DNA of 57,619 nucleotides, filler included, from Basidiobolus ranarum (Eukaryota): the NCBI GenBank assembly GCA_040143965.1. It is 7 parts of 7 records of this genome, joined end to end, with 100 filler letters (N's around TTAATTAATTAA, not from the genome) between each part and the next. Parts side by side here need not be neighbours in the genome. Positions count along the whole stretch, not along the records: positions 8,265 to 16,425 come from JASJQH010001008.1; positions 16,526 to 24,680 come from JASJQH010001009.1; 5 more parts are not named here. The stretch is one strand, 5' to 3'. A model generated the notes under the pieces. That model did not search any database. It had not been told where the DNA came from and was given only the letters and a program-made list of their open reading frames with translations. Shown here one piece after another: positions 11,686 through 24,780 of the stretch; position 1 is the stretch's first letter; the number at the start of each line of letters is the position of its first letter. The position numbers and the translations under genes were made by a program.

Positions 11686-13962
11686 TTAAGAAAGTATTCT
11701 TGGGAGAATGCTATCGATTACTTTCAGCCCTTCTTCGGTAGGTCTCAAGCCACCAGCGTCATCGTCAGTCCAAACCAAGAGACCGGCTTCAGCTAAGATA
11801 TTAACTTGCTCCATATTCAGAAACTATATTAAATTAAGTGACGTTAGGGTAGGATAGGGTAGTTGCAAAGTTATGTGTTGAGCATATCAGTTACTTCGCT
11901 TAGAGAATCTCCATTAGAGTAGAAGGAGAACCGAGATTTGGAGATCCCGGAGGTAGTTCGCAAACCAAATAAAACCAACTCCTGCATATTTGAAGTCATT
12001 ACCACTACGCATCCTATGATTTCATAGCAACAAGACATACCTCTTTTATTTCTCCTATAGACAGCTCAACAGCCTTTCTTAGACTTTAAGAAGCGGTGTT
12101 ACTATTACTGTTCAAACGAAACATAGTCTGGGAGTATTCTTACCCATGGCCAACCTGCTCGCACTGCTTCATCCATCCTTCAGGTGACGCAATCTAAACG
12201 AGAGTCATTTGGTGTAAGGGTGATTGTATATCCTACAGGCTCATGGCTTCACTTACTCTGAAAGTTCTCTGCCTAGTGATCCCTTGTGAATCGTAGATCC
12301 TCCCATGAGCTCCAGGGCCGATTCCTATATTAATCAGCTTAGTCCATAGTCACAGTGGTTCATGTATGAGATGCAATATACCAATATAGTCCAAGCCCTC
12401 CCAATAACTATTGTTGTGTTTACTAATCCGCTGGTTTCTTGCGAAGTTCGATACCTCGTAATGAACAAAGCCATGCGAACCAGCCATCTGAAGGAGCTTA
12501 AGAGTCAATAAAATATTGATATAGAAAGTGTACAGTATCTCTACCTCGATGTTGTATTCATACATATCACATGAAGCCTCGTCTGGTTAGTGTAGATCCC
12601 CCTTTCGAAACATATTGAACATTCTAAAATAATTTTCAGTCATGATATATGCGCGTCAGTATGAAATGCTATTGCTGTAGAAATTATCACGGCTTACTCG
12701 GTTCCTCGTTTTAAAGTAAGCTGATAAAGTGACATATGGTCATCGGCTAACGAAAGAGCGGTCTAGATGAGGAAATTAATAGAAACGAATAAACCAAGCT
12801 ATGCAGTCAATTATCCCTACTACCTTAAGCTCCTCTTTCCAACTTTCTAACGTTTGACCTTGTCGACCATATATCAGATCAAATGTTACTTGGCCTGGAA
12901 ATATCTTTTTTGCTTCACGCAAGCAAACTAAAGCCTCCTTAACGGAATGATCTCGACCGAATATTTTTAGATCGGCATCGTTCAGTGCCTAATTACTACC
13001 ATTAAGCAGCTATCCATGACGCGACAAGCTGATTAAACAAACCTGAATTCCTAGCGATACTCTGTTCACTCCGATAGCTTTGAAGTCGATGAGCTTTGAC
13101 GTCTCCACGGACTTCATTCAATTAAAGATTCAATTAGAAACAGCAATATAAATCTGTAAATGGTTGAATAATCACCGTTGGGTTTCCCTGAAAGTAAATA
13201 CATTAGTACAGAATGCATATAATGGCACTAGGAATATTCCTACTTCAATAGATATCTCCGCACTAGAAGGAAGGTAACATCGTCTTGATACCTCATCCAA
13301 TAATTTTTTAAATGTAGCAGGCTACGTAGAAATACGCAAATATCAATAAATATCCCCCAAGTTACGTGCATTAACAGCCCGTTCTTACCTTTGCTAGGCC
13401 TGAAAAATATTCTCCGTTAATATTTAAATCAGTTTGGGAGATATTAGACTTTCATGACTTACTTGGAGTTCCTCCTATTTAGTAAGGAAAAAAGTGCTAT
13501 TTTAATAACTGGAGAGTGGCCACTTGTCTATGCGACATACCTCCAAAATAGACGCTATTTATAGTGCGCCCTTCGTACCCTCTACTAAGTGCGTCTGATA
13601 ATTCAGAGATCAAAGCACGCTCCATTCTATCATGATCAGGTTGAGGATTGATGTACCGATTGAAATTACAATATGTACACTTGCTTCAAAAATGATAAGT
13701 ACCCAGTTGGTCAAAAAGATCTTTATAATGGCCTACTGTGTTGATAAAAGACTGACCTCTTGCAATACGGCCAATGTACATATATTGATACGGGTGGTTT
13801 TGAAATGGAAGCACTTGTTGTTTGTAACTTTGTATTCTCTAAAAAAAAAGATAGAAATTAATCTTAAAGGAAAGTTTATTTATAGAATATATCTGGGGCA
13901 TTACGAGTCGAGCAAGGAAGTCGACTCAACAGTTGTTGTAAACTCCTCCGACTTGGGTGCAT
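11686..13962 (-). CDS. RSAD1: Radical SAM heme chaperone, HemN-like RSAD1/HemW, multi-exon, putative mitochondrial presequence
   Basis: Spliced translation gives SIYVHWPYCKSKCTYCNFN (CxxxCxxC), SVYFGGGTPSLA, GVNRVSLGIQ, HMSLYQLT, HYEVSNFA, HNNSYW, LRPTEEGLKVIDSILP*; N-terminus MHPSRRSLQQLLSRLPC is Arg/Ser/Leu-rich. Confidence 0.92.
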
Positions 13963-15466
13963 ATTTAGCAACAGGTAGCAAAGTCTCGACAGTCAAAGAA
14001 ATTCTCCTTAACGGGTTACAAAAATAAAATTTTCGATTAATATAAATTGACTGATACGATCGAAATGAGCCTAGTGAAATAATTACAGTCCAACTGTTGT
14101 ATGCGGTTTATTTGGACGGTTAATACTGAATAGACTTGGAGCTCTAGATATGGTTGAACTCTATATTAATAGCAGTCATTCCAGAGATTGGTCAGGCATA
14201 CTAAAATAATAGAATAAGTTATAACATGACCCGGCCTAACTACCTTTGTCACCGTTAGACTCCTGTTAGAGGAGAGTCAGTCTTATAGCTATTACTAGCT
14301 GTGCTTTGTCGAACGTCTCACCGTCCTTGGTTGAACCGAAAGGTCAATTCTGACAAGCGATATCTGAAATATACCACTGAACAACACCGGATATTGCTAC
14401 TCAAAGCACATTCATTTTGAGTACCGCATGGTTTACTGAAAACATACTTTATACTTGAAATATAGACCTAGTATATTTGGCCAACATCGAGAAGCTTTTC
14501 ATAGTCTTTCAGAAGCTTACTCAATATGCTTGGAGTATATATAGCAACTCTTATTCTTAAGCATTTCTGACATACCTAAGTACATGCCTTGAAACCGCAG
14601 GTACAAATTACATATTTCTCTATATTAGCTTGAATACGTTCAATTCATCCGAAATATCTACAACAAATACAAGATATTACTAGATGGGAGTAGGGAGTGC
14701 AATGGCGGGACGAGTACAATACTGAAATGGCCTACTGGGGGTAATATTAGTACTACTATCGTGACGGTGAGGGAAGGCGGAGGCGGAATCACTTGATTAT
14801 ATTGGAAGTATCAAGATTTGTGTTCCATTTGAACATTTTCTGAAACTTTTAATATATTTCTTCCTTCAAACCTGGAGTTATCAAACCATGACCTGTGAGT
14901 GAAATTAATTGAGACAGATCAGTTCTGGCAGTGCGGGACGGTGCCAGATTGAGTTACAGAAAAATTTGATATCATATATTACCTAGTATGATATATACTG
15001 CGCTTTATGGCATCATGAAATGCATCAAATCCAATAGGTGTTAAATAATCTTAAACTTTCACCGCCTTCAGCGTATCTGCACTCCAGTCATGCATAGGAT
15101 AGTGTATGGTGTATTCATATTTAGTTACGCAACCAGCCTCAGGAATTGGTGTTATTACTGAAATACTCTGGTTTTCAGATATGTTGTAAGTCAAAGTTGT
15201 AATAATCACTTTGATACTTCTGGTATTTCTTTACATTTCTGAGATGTACCACGCTCTTCCTGTATTTCCCAACCATTACACTCGATTTTCATAGAACCTT
15301 GATATTACTTATCTCTGCTATTCTGACAAAAGTATTAACGCCTTCTCTATTCAATATACGATGTGCATAGCTGACACACTTCATATACTCATCCTAGACA
15401 CTTCCAATTCACTACATACTGCATTTGATATTGCCAAGGCTCATCTGTCAAATATGATGTTACAAC

Positions 15467-16425
15467 TGTTGAAAATGACATAGCTTAAGCATCTAAATAG
15501 TCTTATAACTAGTTACCAATGTCTCAGCACTATGTTATGAATCAATATCTTTGCTCGGAATTTACTTACAATATTGAGACCAACTTGGAAGTTTGAGAGT
15601 TATATGATTTCGTCAAACCTGTCCAATAGATCCCAAACTTTGTCCATACGTTCCTGGGACCTTCTTGAACATACTCCACATATTTGTTTACCTACTTCTT
15701 GACAAAAGTATAAACATCAACTTCCACTCAATAAATCATAGCAAACAGTGTTGAAATTAGCATTGCCTAAACAACTATATAGTCATATATAGCTTAGTAT
15801 TTAGTGATCCTATATTGCACTAAGATATCACTCACTACTGTCAACTGGAATTCACTCCAAAGTTCCCAGCTAAATAGACTTTTTCAAGCTTGTGCTAGAA
15901 GCCCCAAGCTTTGCACACATGTTCTTGAGACTTTTCTCAGCATATTCTACATGCTTTTTGCTTACATCTTGACAAAACTATAAATGGCAACTTTCTACTC
16001 AATAAATCAATATGTGAAAACCACCAATATCTCTTGTTCTCCAAACCACTGCCAATAAGCTCCTAAAATAGTGTAGCAAGCAATATAAAGGAATGATAAA
16101 GAGTTGGCAAGTATAACAGATAAGTTCATTGAAAAAGTTATGAGGTATTATATCAGCAACGTGCTGAAGTATTTTGTGAGCCTATTGGAAGTGGTTTGGA
16201 GAACTAGAGAAATTGGTGGATTTCACTTATTGATTTAATGAGTGGAGAGCACACATTTATAGTTTTACCTGGATGTAAATAAACAAACATGTGGAATGGG
16301 TTAAGATGTTAAAGTATTTGGGAGCCTGTTGGAAGTGGTTTGGAGAATTAGAGGAATTGGTGGTTTTTACTTATTGATTTATTGAGTAGAAAGTTGACAT
16401 TTATAGTTTTGTCAATATTTAAGCA
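15467..16425. mobile_element. Cluster of four copia family A LTRs: 15467-15748 (+, old, truncated), 15749-16078 (+, full), 16162-16306 (-, partial), 16307-16425 (-, young, cut by contig end)
   Basis: Each aligns by eye to the 2613-2942 LTR; TG..CA termini on the full copy. Confidence 0.88.
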
Positions 16426-16979
16426 NNNNNNNNNNNNNNNNNNNNNNNNNNNNNNNNNNNNNNNNNNNNTTAATTAATTAANNNNNNNNNNNNNNNNNNN
16501 NNNNNNNNNNNNNNNNNNNNNNNNNTAAGTGGGGGTAATATGACATACTTGTTATATAGATATAGAGATATTCCTATTTAGAATATAGGGGCTATAGATA
16601 CGTTGCTTTCTGTTTCTGATATATGTATCATAACTACAGTTAACTATGATGTTGAATAAAGATTAATTATCCAACAGTGCAAAATATGGGGTCTCTAGGA
16701 TATGAAAATGTATACATCTTACCAATGACTGAGTAAGCTTTGATTGAGCCCTGTATATGATTATTTGAATGCTTGAGCTATGCCATTTTCAATAACATAG
16801 GCATTTCATTCCAATATGAATAGTACAGCAATTAAAAAAGCAAAAAAAAAGTTTTTTATATGTACTGCATAAAGGTCAATGATATAGGCTATATAATAGT
16901 GGGAATCAGATGCAAATCAAGTCAAACAACTTGGGTTTGTCTGAAAGAGAAGATGTTTTAGTTCAAATAGCCAAAAAGC

Positions 16980-17315
16980 TGTTAAAGTATTTTGGCAGTT
17001 TGATGCAAGTGGTTTGGAGAGCTTGATGAATTAAAGGTTTTCACTTATTACTTTATTAAGCAGAAAGTTGACATACATAGTTTTATCAAGATATATGTAG
17101 AATGCGTTAAAAAAATCCCAGGAGCATATGTGCAAGGTTTGGGCCTTCTAGCACAAGCTTGAAAAATCTATATATCTGAGAGCTAGTAAGTTGGTGTCAA
17201 TATTCCAAGTAAATTTCGATTGAGAATAGTAGGTGACATCTTATTGAATTATGGAATAACTAAGTACTAAGCTGTTTATGACTGTATAGATGTTTAGGCT
17301 ATGCTTATTTCAACA
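16980..17315 (-). mobile_element. Solo LTR, copia family A
   Basis: TGTTAAAG...TTCAACA termini, full-length homology to other copies; no clear TSD. Confidence 0.88.
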
Positions 17316-18179
17316 GAAATGCAGCTATAATTTGATAATATTCAATTTCTTCTCACCAGAGCATAATCACTAAGTGGTTGTTTTCCAAGTGCATGATGTT
17401 GTATATACTTTATTAAAGTATCTTACTGTAAGAAAAATATGGTAAGTTTACTCTTAATAAAAATATGTTAGCAAAATATCTAGAAAATAACTGATCATCA
17501 TACAAGCTTTAGGTTATTGGAAAGCATGTTTGACATTGCTTGATGTGGTTAAGAAAGATAAGATACAGCTAGCGCAGACTACATCAATGAACTAATGCAT
17601 CAATGTGAAGAAGAGTAATATTTAGCTTATCAAGATCAGAAAGCTAGAAAGCTAGCATGTGACCGGGAGATACAAGATCATTTAGTATTGCTGAATGTAG
17701 TGGTGCCTCTACTTTTTCTGGTCTTTCCTAGCGCAATAATAAAGATAATGATCATAATGACATTAATCATGAGTTCCCTATAACTGTACCACATCAGGTG
17801 GCATTAAGACCTAATGCAATAGAGAGCTTTCGAAGAAATCTATCGTAGCCTTATTACCACAAATGAAAGATGTTGTGGAGTGTGCAAATGCTCACAGGGA
17901 TGTCCAGCAGAGCGCCACAAGACACAGTAGGAGATACATCTGGAGAAGTCATGTATACACTACGAACAGCTTTAAATCATTTGCTTGATGATCTCAATAA
18001 AGTCAAAACAGGTTACACTTATTAGTATCTGAAAATAACCTAAAAAAAGTTTAGCGCGTTATCAGATATTCTTTCCTTAGTCTAGTGTGGATAAAGTGGT
18101 GGTAACAATATCAGCTTGGCTACTATTCATTTGCATTGAGGATCAACTTTAATACCCCAATATTGATTTATAGCACACA

Positions 18180-21100
18180 GCTAAATATGAATAGATATGT
18201 AAATCCTATCCAACAATCCTTCATATAGCATTGGTTAATGCTACATCGAATGATCGTCCATGACCGCTTCATCTGTCCATCCTGAAAGGTCCAAAGATGT
18301 TCCATGAAGCCGTATGGGTACGCAATGTGAGCAATTTTCAAAGACAACAATGTGAGCAATTTGAGATACAAACATTTGATAACAGAGATGCCGGATAATA
18401 CTTTTATTATGGATGTTTGTATGAGAGATAAAGTCAATGTAGATTTACCACTTACATGTACTAAAATATAGCAAAGATACCGTCTTTATACGCATATCAT
18501 TGTATGTGGTAAAGGTAGCAACATTATAAAGATCTCTATACAAAGAGTTAACAAACTCTTGCTACAAGATCTTCTGTAATATCTTTTGGCTAAGTCACAA
18601 TATTAGCATAATTTTGCTACAGTAAACAAACACGGACAGTAATATGAATTTTATCAAACATTCCTTTATTCAGAATTGACTGCTGCTATATCGAATGATG
18701 GTCCACGAATACTCCAACTATCGATGCTGTAAGATTCAAAGATTAACCTCTGCACATCATCAAGCTGTAAGAGAGAACTTTCACCAACAAAAAAGTGAGC
18801 AGTGAACCTTGAACTAGATGTCTTAGTGGAGAACCTTCTTCGGGATACCGGCAAGCCAAAGACTGGATACCGGAAATGTCAGATAATGTCTTTGGAGTGT
18901 AGTGGATGTTTGTATACTGAACTACAAATTGAATGGCAGTTTTTATAAGGTACTTTTGACTGAAAGTCACATTTTCACATTGTACCAATGGTTGCAGAGG
19001 GTGTACTATATCCATAGATTAAGCTACTTAACATTTACTTACTGCGATACATTCTGCTACTGTAACATCAATATTTTACGGACATATTTGGGTTGAACAC
19101 AAGGTGTATCTGAAAATAGCTGAAATATTTTAAATCAATATTTCTTTCATAGTATGAGGTAAGTCGAGTAGTGATAGCAGCACTAGCCCAACTGTTGATC
19201 ACTAGCATAGTTGATTTACTTTTACGCTACACGACAGAGTAACTCATATAATACGAATATTATCAAACATTCCTTTATTCAGTATTGGTCGCTGCTCCAT
19301 TGAATAGTGGTCCACGAATACTCATTTGAATCGGGTGGCATAGTGGAAAGCCTTCAAGTCAGGAGCAAGCTGAAGACTGAATAGCGGCGATATCGGATAA
19401 TGGTTTCAGTGTAGTGGATGTTTGTATACCGAACCACAAATTGGAAAATAGTTTTTATCAGGAATACTTAATCACAATATTCAGCATCGGGATTCATATC
19501 AAGATCAAACTAGTATTGTCCACGCTGGGATGCAATCTTGATTCGATAAAGTTTAAGTAAATCAAGACAAATCCGTTTGGGAACTAGCAACCGGATTCTC
19601 TCCAATAGTTTTTGGTACAGCCAAGCTAAGAATATGGTTGCAACACGTTGTCCTATAATAGAGTTCCATGCCTCATCTAAATTGGGCTGAGCCGTAACTT
19701 CAAATAAAAATATTCTCCTAAACCGCGTGGGTCAAAATCAGGAAGCGATTGATCTCCACTTAACTCTACTAGAAGTTGCTAACAACTTTGTAAACTAGGG
19801 GACCTCCCCCTTTAACACTATTGCGGTTAATATAATGGAGTTTTGTATATTGGTTTACAGGTATAGAGTTTACGTATATTCTCCACCAACACGCAGAGAC
19901 GTATTGACACCCACACTGAGAATGTCAATTATTACGATCATATCATTTTGTAAGGTGATAATAGTAACTGAAAATTGCCACACATTCACTTCAAAATACA
20001 CATACACTTTATCAAGGATTTCTTTATTCAGAATAGGATTGCTACTGCACTACTTAATGGCCTATGAAAACTCCATTAGTTGAGGCAGAAGTAGCGTGAC
20101 TCTACTCCATTAAGCTATACTGATTACAGAACCGGTAGCATTTCTACGAACAGCAAACTGAGCAGAGAATCTTCGGTTAGGGAGCCTTCCTTGAAGAGTC
20201 AGGAACCCTAAGACTTGATAATGGAGATATTTGATAAAATGTGAAGCGCGTAGTGGATGTTTGTATACTTCTTCACCGAGTAGAAGATGGACTTTATATA
20301 TGAATTGAGGTTGATCAGCTGATGTTCTCATTAGTAACCCATTATGCATAATAGGAGTATTTGCGCAAGCTGCTAGGATTGAAACCAGCTATAGAGTGGT
20401 ATTGTTACAATATTGGGGTGTCGTGGTGGTAATTTTATCGTTTAGACATCGCAGCAAGTTGGACGAAAGCGCCTAGATTATTTCTAATATTTGGCCGTTA
20501 ATGTGGGTGAAATGTGTTTAGCTTTAATGGTTCTACCATAATCGATTTCAACATGAACTACAGTTATTACCATATTAGGAGTAGCACTAGTGCTAATCTT
20601 ATTCGAGTTAAATTACTCCAGGATCATGGGCCTACACTAGTACTATTCTAGTTTATTTAGGTTGAAATCTAAGTATATCTGAAATTAGCTCAAATATTTC
20701 AACCATATGAAGTAAAGTATTTGGTTAGATACTCCTTCCTGAGTGTAGTGACGGTGATCATAATACTTGTATATCTAAAATCCATTAACATAGCTGTACT
20801 TCCATTCATAGTATGCACACAGTTACAAATATAAGTACGAATTTTATCAAACATTCCTTTATTCAGTATTGTTTGCTGCTACATCGAATGATGGCTCATG
20901 AAAACTCTATATGATGATGGTGAATGATCCTAAGGTAGAGTTCCCTACTCGTGAAGCTACATGATTCCATAATGTGGTCAATTTTCAAAAACAACAAAGT
21001 GAACAGCAACCTTCAAACCGGATACGCCAGTAGAGAGCCTTCTTCGGAATATCAGCAAGCCAGGGACTTGGTAACGGAGATGTCGGATAATGGTTTGAGA

Positions 21101-23150
21101 GTATAGTGGATATTTGTATACTGAACTACAAATTGGAAAAGAGTTTTTATAAGGTACTTCTAACGGAAAGTCGCACGAAGACCACATTAACATTCTACCA
21201 GTTTCTGCAGTGATACTATTGAAGCACGATATACAAACATCGGGATTGATAGCAAGATCCAACTGGCGTTGTGCACGCGGGAGTACAATGCTTGTTGTAT
21301 CGCGTTCTAATGAGTCTTGAACGGATAATTATACCAAAATTACATTTTCAATCTACCATTTTATAACATGAAACTATTGAATCACAATATAAATATCAAG
21401 ATTCAGTTAACATTATCTCCCATGGAGTACAGCAGTTGGATCAAATTTAAGTGTGGCTAGACAAGCCCGCTGAAAAGATAGCAACCAGATTTTCCCCAAT
21501 AGCTACAAGAAAAAAGTATATGGGTGAAGCGCGCTACGTTCTACAATAGAATTCTATGCTTCGCTTGAATACATGTTCAAATGAAAAATATTCCCTCAAA
21601 GAGCTTCGGATAAAAGTAGGAAGCTCGTGTTAATCATTGTTAAATGACTAGTCTTAAATGACTAGTCTTGCTTCCTCGATTGATCTAACCCCAAAGTAGT
21701 AGTGCATGATCAAATTGAGATTCTTAAATAACGTCTTTGTATACGTATCACCTATACTCACCACCTATATCCAAAAGTTGATTTATTGAATTATATATGT
21801 ATTGGATCAAGTAGTGAAATTGCCAGAAATTCAATTAGGACACTGCTTAAGGTTCTAGTATTCTGAAGCTAATGCCAACTAGATTGCTTGCACTTTGAGA
21901 ATAAAGAACTTTATTTTGTACTAGCGATGGTAATGGCTTGATAGAAGAGATGTATCTAAATAAGCTTCTTTGCGCTGTCTTCTGCAGTATCTTTTGAATC
22001 ACGTGTAACCACAATATTAACATATTCTTAGTACTAGTACGAACTTTATCAAGTATTCCTTTATTCCGACTATAATTATTTCTATACTACTTGATGGTCT
22101 GTGAAAACTTCATTAGTTGAGGAAGAAAAATCCAGTGGTAGGATCACTTGACACCATGTAGCTATACTGACCGCAGAGCGTGTAGCATTTTCATGTAGCA
22201 TTTTCATAAACAGCAAGCCCAACAGGGAGTCTACGGTTGGAGAGCTTTCCTGAGGAGCCTAAGACTTGTTAATGGAGATGCTTGAGAAGCGTAGTGGATA
22301 TTTGTATGGTAGATGATAGCCTTTGTATATGAATTGAAGTTGATGAACTGAGATTCTCGTTAATATCCCTTTCTGAATAAAAGGATATTAATTATTAAGC
22401 ACACTGGATATCAGCAATAAAGTGGGAATTTATCACATTAAGCCAAGTAAACTAGCTTAAACTCCAGTAAGAAGCCTAAGCCGAACCGGATTGTCTTTCA
22501 ATAACACCTTAATGCTTCCTGAATCGATTTCAACACGAATTGCATTTGTTACCATATCAGTAGCACTAATGTTAATGTTTAGTGACTTTTGCACTGAATC
22601 GTATAGTAGTAATTCATAGCATACACACGCAAATACTAATAGAAATACGAGTTTTATCAGAAGCAGATAAAGCGCTTCAATATTTTACTTCATTTGGTTG
22701 TATCAAGTTTAAGTGAGTCAAGACAAGTTTATTTGAGAATTGACAACTGGACTTTCTTCAACAATTACTGATACAACCAAATGAAGTATAATGTTGAAAC
22801 GTGCTACAATAAACTTCCATTAATTGGGCTGAACAAGATATGGAAACCATATTCCTTTACTAACATCCTCTGGGACCTTGAAAGTCGAGTTATAACTGTT
22901 TTCAAGCCCGCGAAGTTTTACTTTTAACTAATAATCACACATTCACACGGTACCTGCAGTGATACTATTGAATCACAATACACAATATAGGGATTAATAT
23001 CAAGATCCAACTGGCTTTGTCCATGCGGAGGTACGATGCTTGTTGTATCGCGTTTTAGCGAGTCTAGACCTGCTTATTAGAACAACCAGATTCTCTCTAA
23101 TAGTTGCAACGCTAAACATGCGTTTTACAAAAGAATTCCATGGCTCATCT
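18180..23150 (-). repeat. Tandem array of 6-7 diverged, pseudogenised coding units (NRPS C/T-domain-like)
   Basis: Recurring blocks tttatcaaacattcctttattcag (~18650, 19260, 20008, 20843, 22045) and gtagtggatRtttgtat (~18900, 19412, 20250, 21105, 22291), plus a further copy at 18190-18440; substitution pattern favours minus-strand frames YTNIHYT and ILNKGMFDKIR. Confidence 0.8.
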
Positions 23151-23199
23151 AATTAGGTTAAATAGTAAATTCAGATTCCCTCATTAATTTATTAAGCAC

Positions 23200-23800
23200 T
23201 TACGAATTGATGGCTAGAGTTAAAACCAAAAGCTGAAAAATCCCAACCAATTTGATAGATTTAGAGAGAGTTGGACTCGCTGCTGACTTTGGTGATGGTG
23301 TTGAGATAGAGGTAGAGGAAGGGGTAGAGGTAGAGGTGGAAGATGATTCAATTCTTGGCTGCAATGGGCTCACTGTACGGGGTGCTAGTGGTGTTGCTGC
23401 TGTTGGACTGGGTGATGGTGTCGCAATTGGCTTCTTGAAGTACACTTCAACTCCGCCAGCATACGTAACTCCGGTACTTTTCTCTATAGCAAGATAGAGT
23501 GAGACATGATCTCCAGCACATTCAGGGCGGATTAGTGCATTACTCACGCTACTGCCAGATAATGAACTGGTGACCGAAGTGTCCAGAGTTGAAGTTCCAA
23601 GTGATCTCAATTTTAGAGTTTGAGTCGTGAGAGCAAACCTTTACTGGGGGAGATCATACAACCACTGATATCCTTATCAAAGGTGTAGGTAGAGTTGAAG
23701 ACATACGGAACTGGAGGGCACTACCAGCAGACAGCGATTTGAATTGTATAGACATCGGAGACGGCTTGGAATAAAGTTTCAACTGATTCTCTTTTTTATA
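23200..23800 (-). pseudogene. Ser/Thr/Pro-rich, probably GPI-anchored surface protein; 5' part frameshifted
   Basis: S/T/P-rich stalk followed by hydrophobic C-terminus LVGIFQLLVLTLAINS; upstream frames broken by stops. Confidence 0.5.
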
Positions 23801-24128
23801 TGAGTTCATTCAGGCCAGATTCCTCGCTACTTGGAATGAGCTATATCTCATAACTTGTAATACAACAGTGGCACGTAAGTCAACTTTCTTATTGAGATAT
23901 TGCAGAGGCAATGGTTCTAACTGAATATCAAGAGTACAATGCAAAAAGATGGATTATTTTGGCATATGTTGACCAACACAGAAACACTATGTACAATACA
24001 AAAACAGAAAATGGGTAAGAGGAATTATACATGCAAATAGATTTAACAAGTTTTATGCCTATATATGGGGCTTTGATGTCATTTAACACTATAATTTTGG
24101 CAGTGATACACTTAGAGGACAAGACAAG

Positions 24129-24680
24129 TGTTAAAGTATTTGGCAGCCTGTTGGAAGTGGTTTGGAGAATTAGAGAAATGGTAGTTTTTACTTATTGATT
24201 TATTGAGTAGAAAGTTAACATTTGTTGTATAGCCAGGATGTAAGCAAACTAACATGTAGAGTGTGTTAAGGAAGGTCCCAGGAACATGTGAGCATAGTTT
24301 GGGGCTTCTAGCACAAGCTTGAAAAAACTATATATCTGAAAACTTCTAAGTTGGTAAAAATATTCCAAGTAAATTCCAATTGCGAATATTGGATAATATC
24401 TTAGCAAATTACAAGATAACTAAGTACTAAGCTATATATGACTATATAGGTGCTTAGGCAATGCTAAATTCAACTCTCTCCCTCAACTAATCCTAATCAA
24501 GGTCTACATTTCTCAAATTTCAGTCTAGCTAAAAGTTTGGTTAATATATTAGCAATCATTTATTATGAGGAACAATAAGTTAAGTCATTAAACTTATTCT
24601 CCTTAGTCTCTCTAATGAAGTGATGTTTAATAGGTTTATGTTTGCCTCTATTATGTAATGTGGGATTTTTAGCTAATTTG
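24129..24680 (-). mobile_element. Ty1/copia 3' end: RNase H remnant, PPT and family A 3' LTR (24129-24475)
   Basis: Minus strand reads LAKNPTLHNRGKHKPIKHHFIRE...MIANILTKLL, then GAGGGAGAG polypurine tract immediately before the LTR. Confidence 0.9.
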
Positions 24681-24780
24681 NNNNNNNNNNNNNNNNNNNN
24701 NNNNNNNNNNNNNNNNNNNNNNNNTTAATTAATTAANNNNNNNNNNNNNNNNNNNNNNNNNNNNNNNNNNNNNNNNNNNN

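Noticed and set aside
13632..14027. 131-aa plus-strand ORF
   Set aside because: Antisense to RSAD1 exons 1-3, crossing its introns; no motifs
14690..15160. Exon-like minus-strand segments with splice-like sites
   Set aside because: In-frame stops and no recognisable family; too weak to call
21641..21669. Short tandem duplications (also ~18323-18362 and 22181-22206)
   Set aside because: Ordinary slippage products in neutrally decaying sequence
18640..22070. Recurring ~25-bp motif as a CRISPR-like array
   Set aside because: Spacing is 0.6-1.2 kb and irregular, intervening DNA is homologous between units, the context is eukaryotic and no cas genes are present
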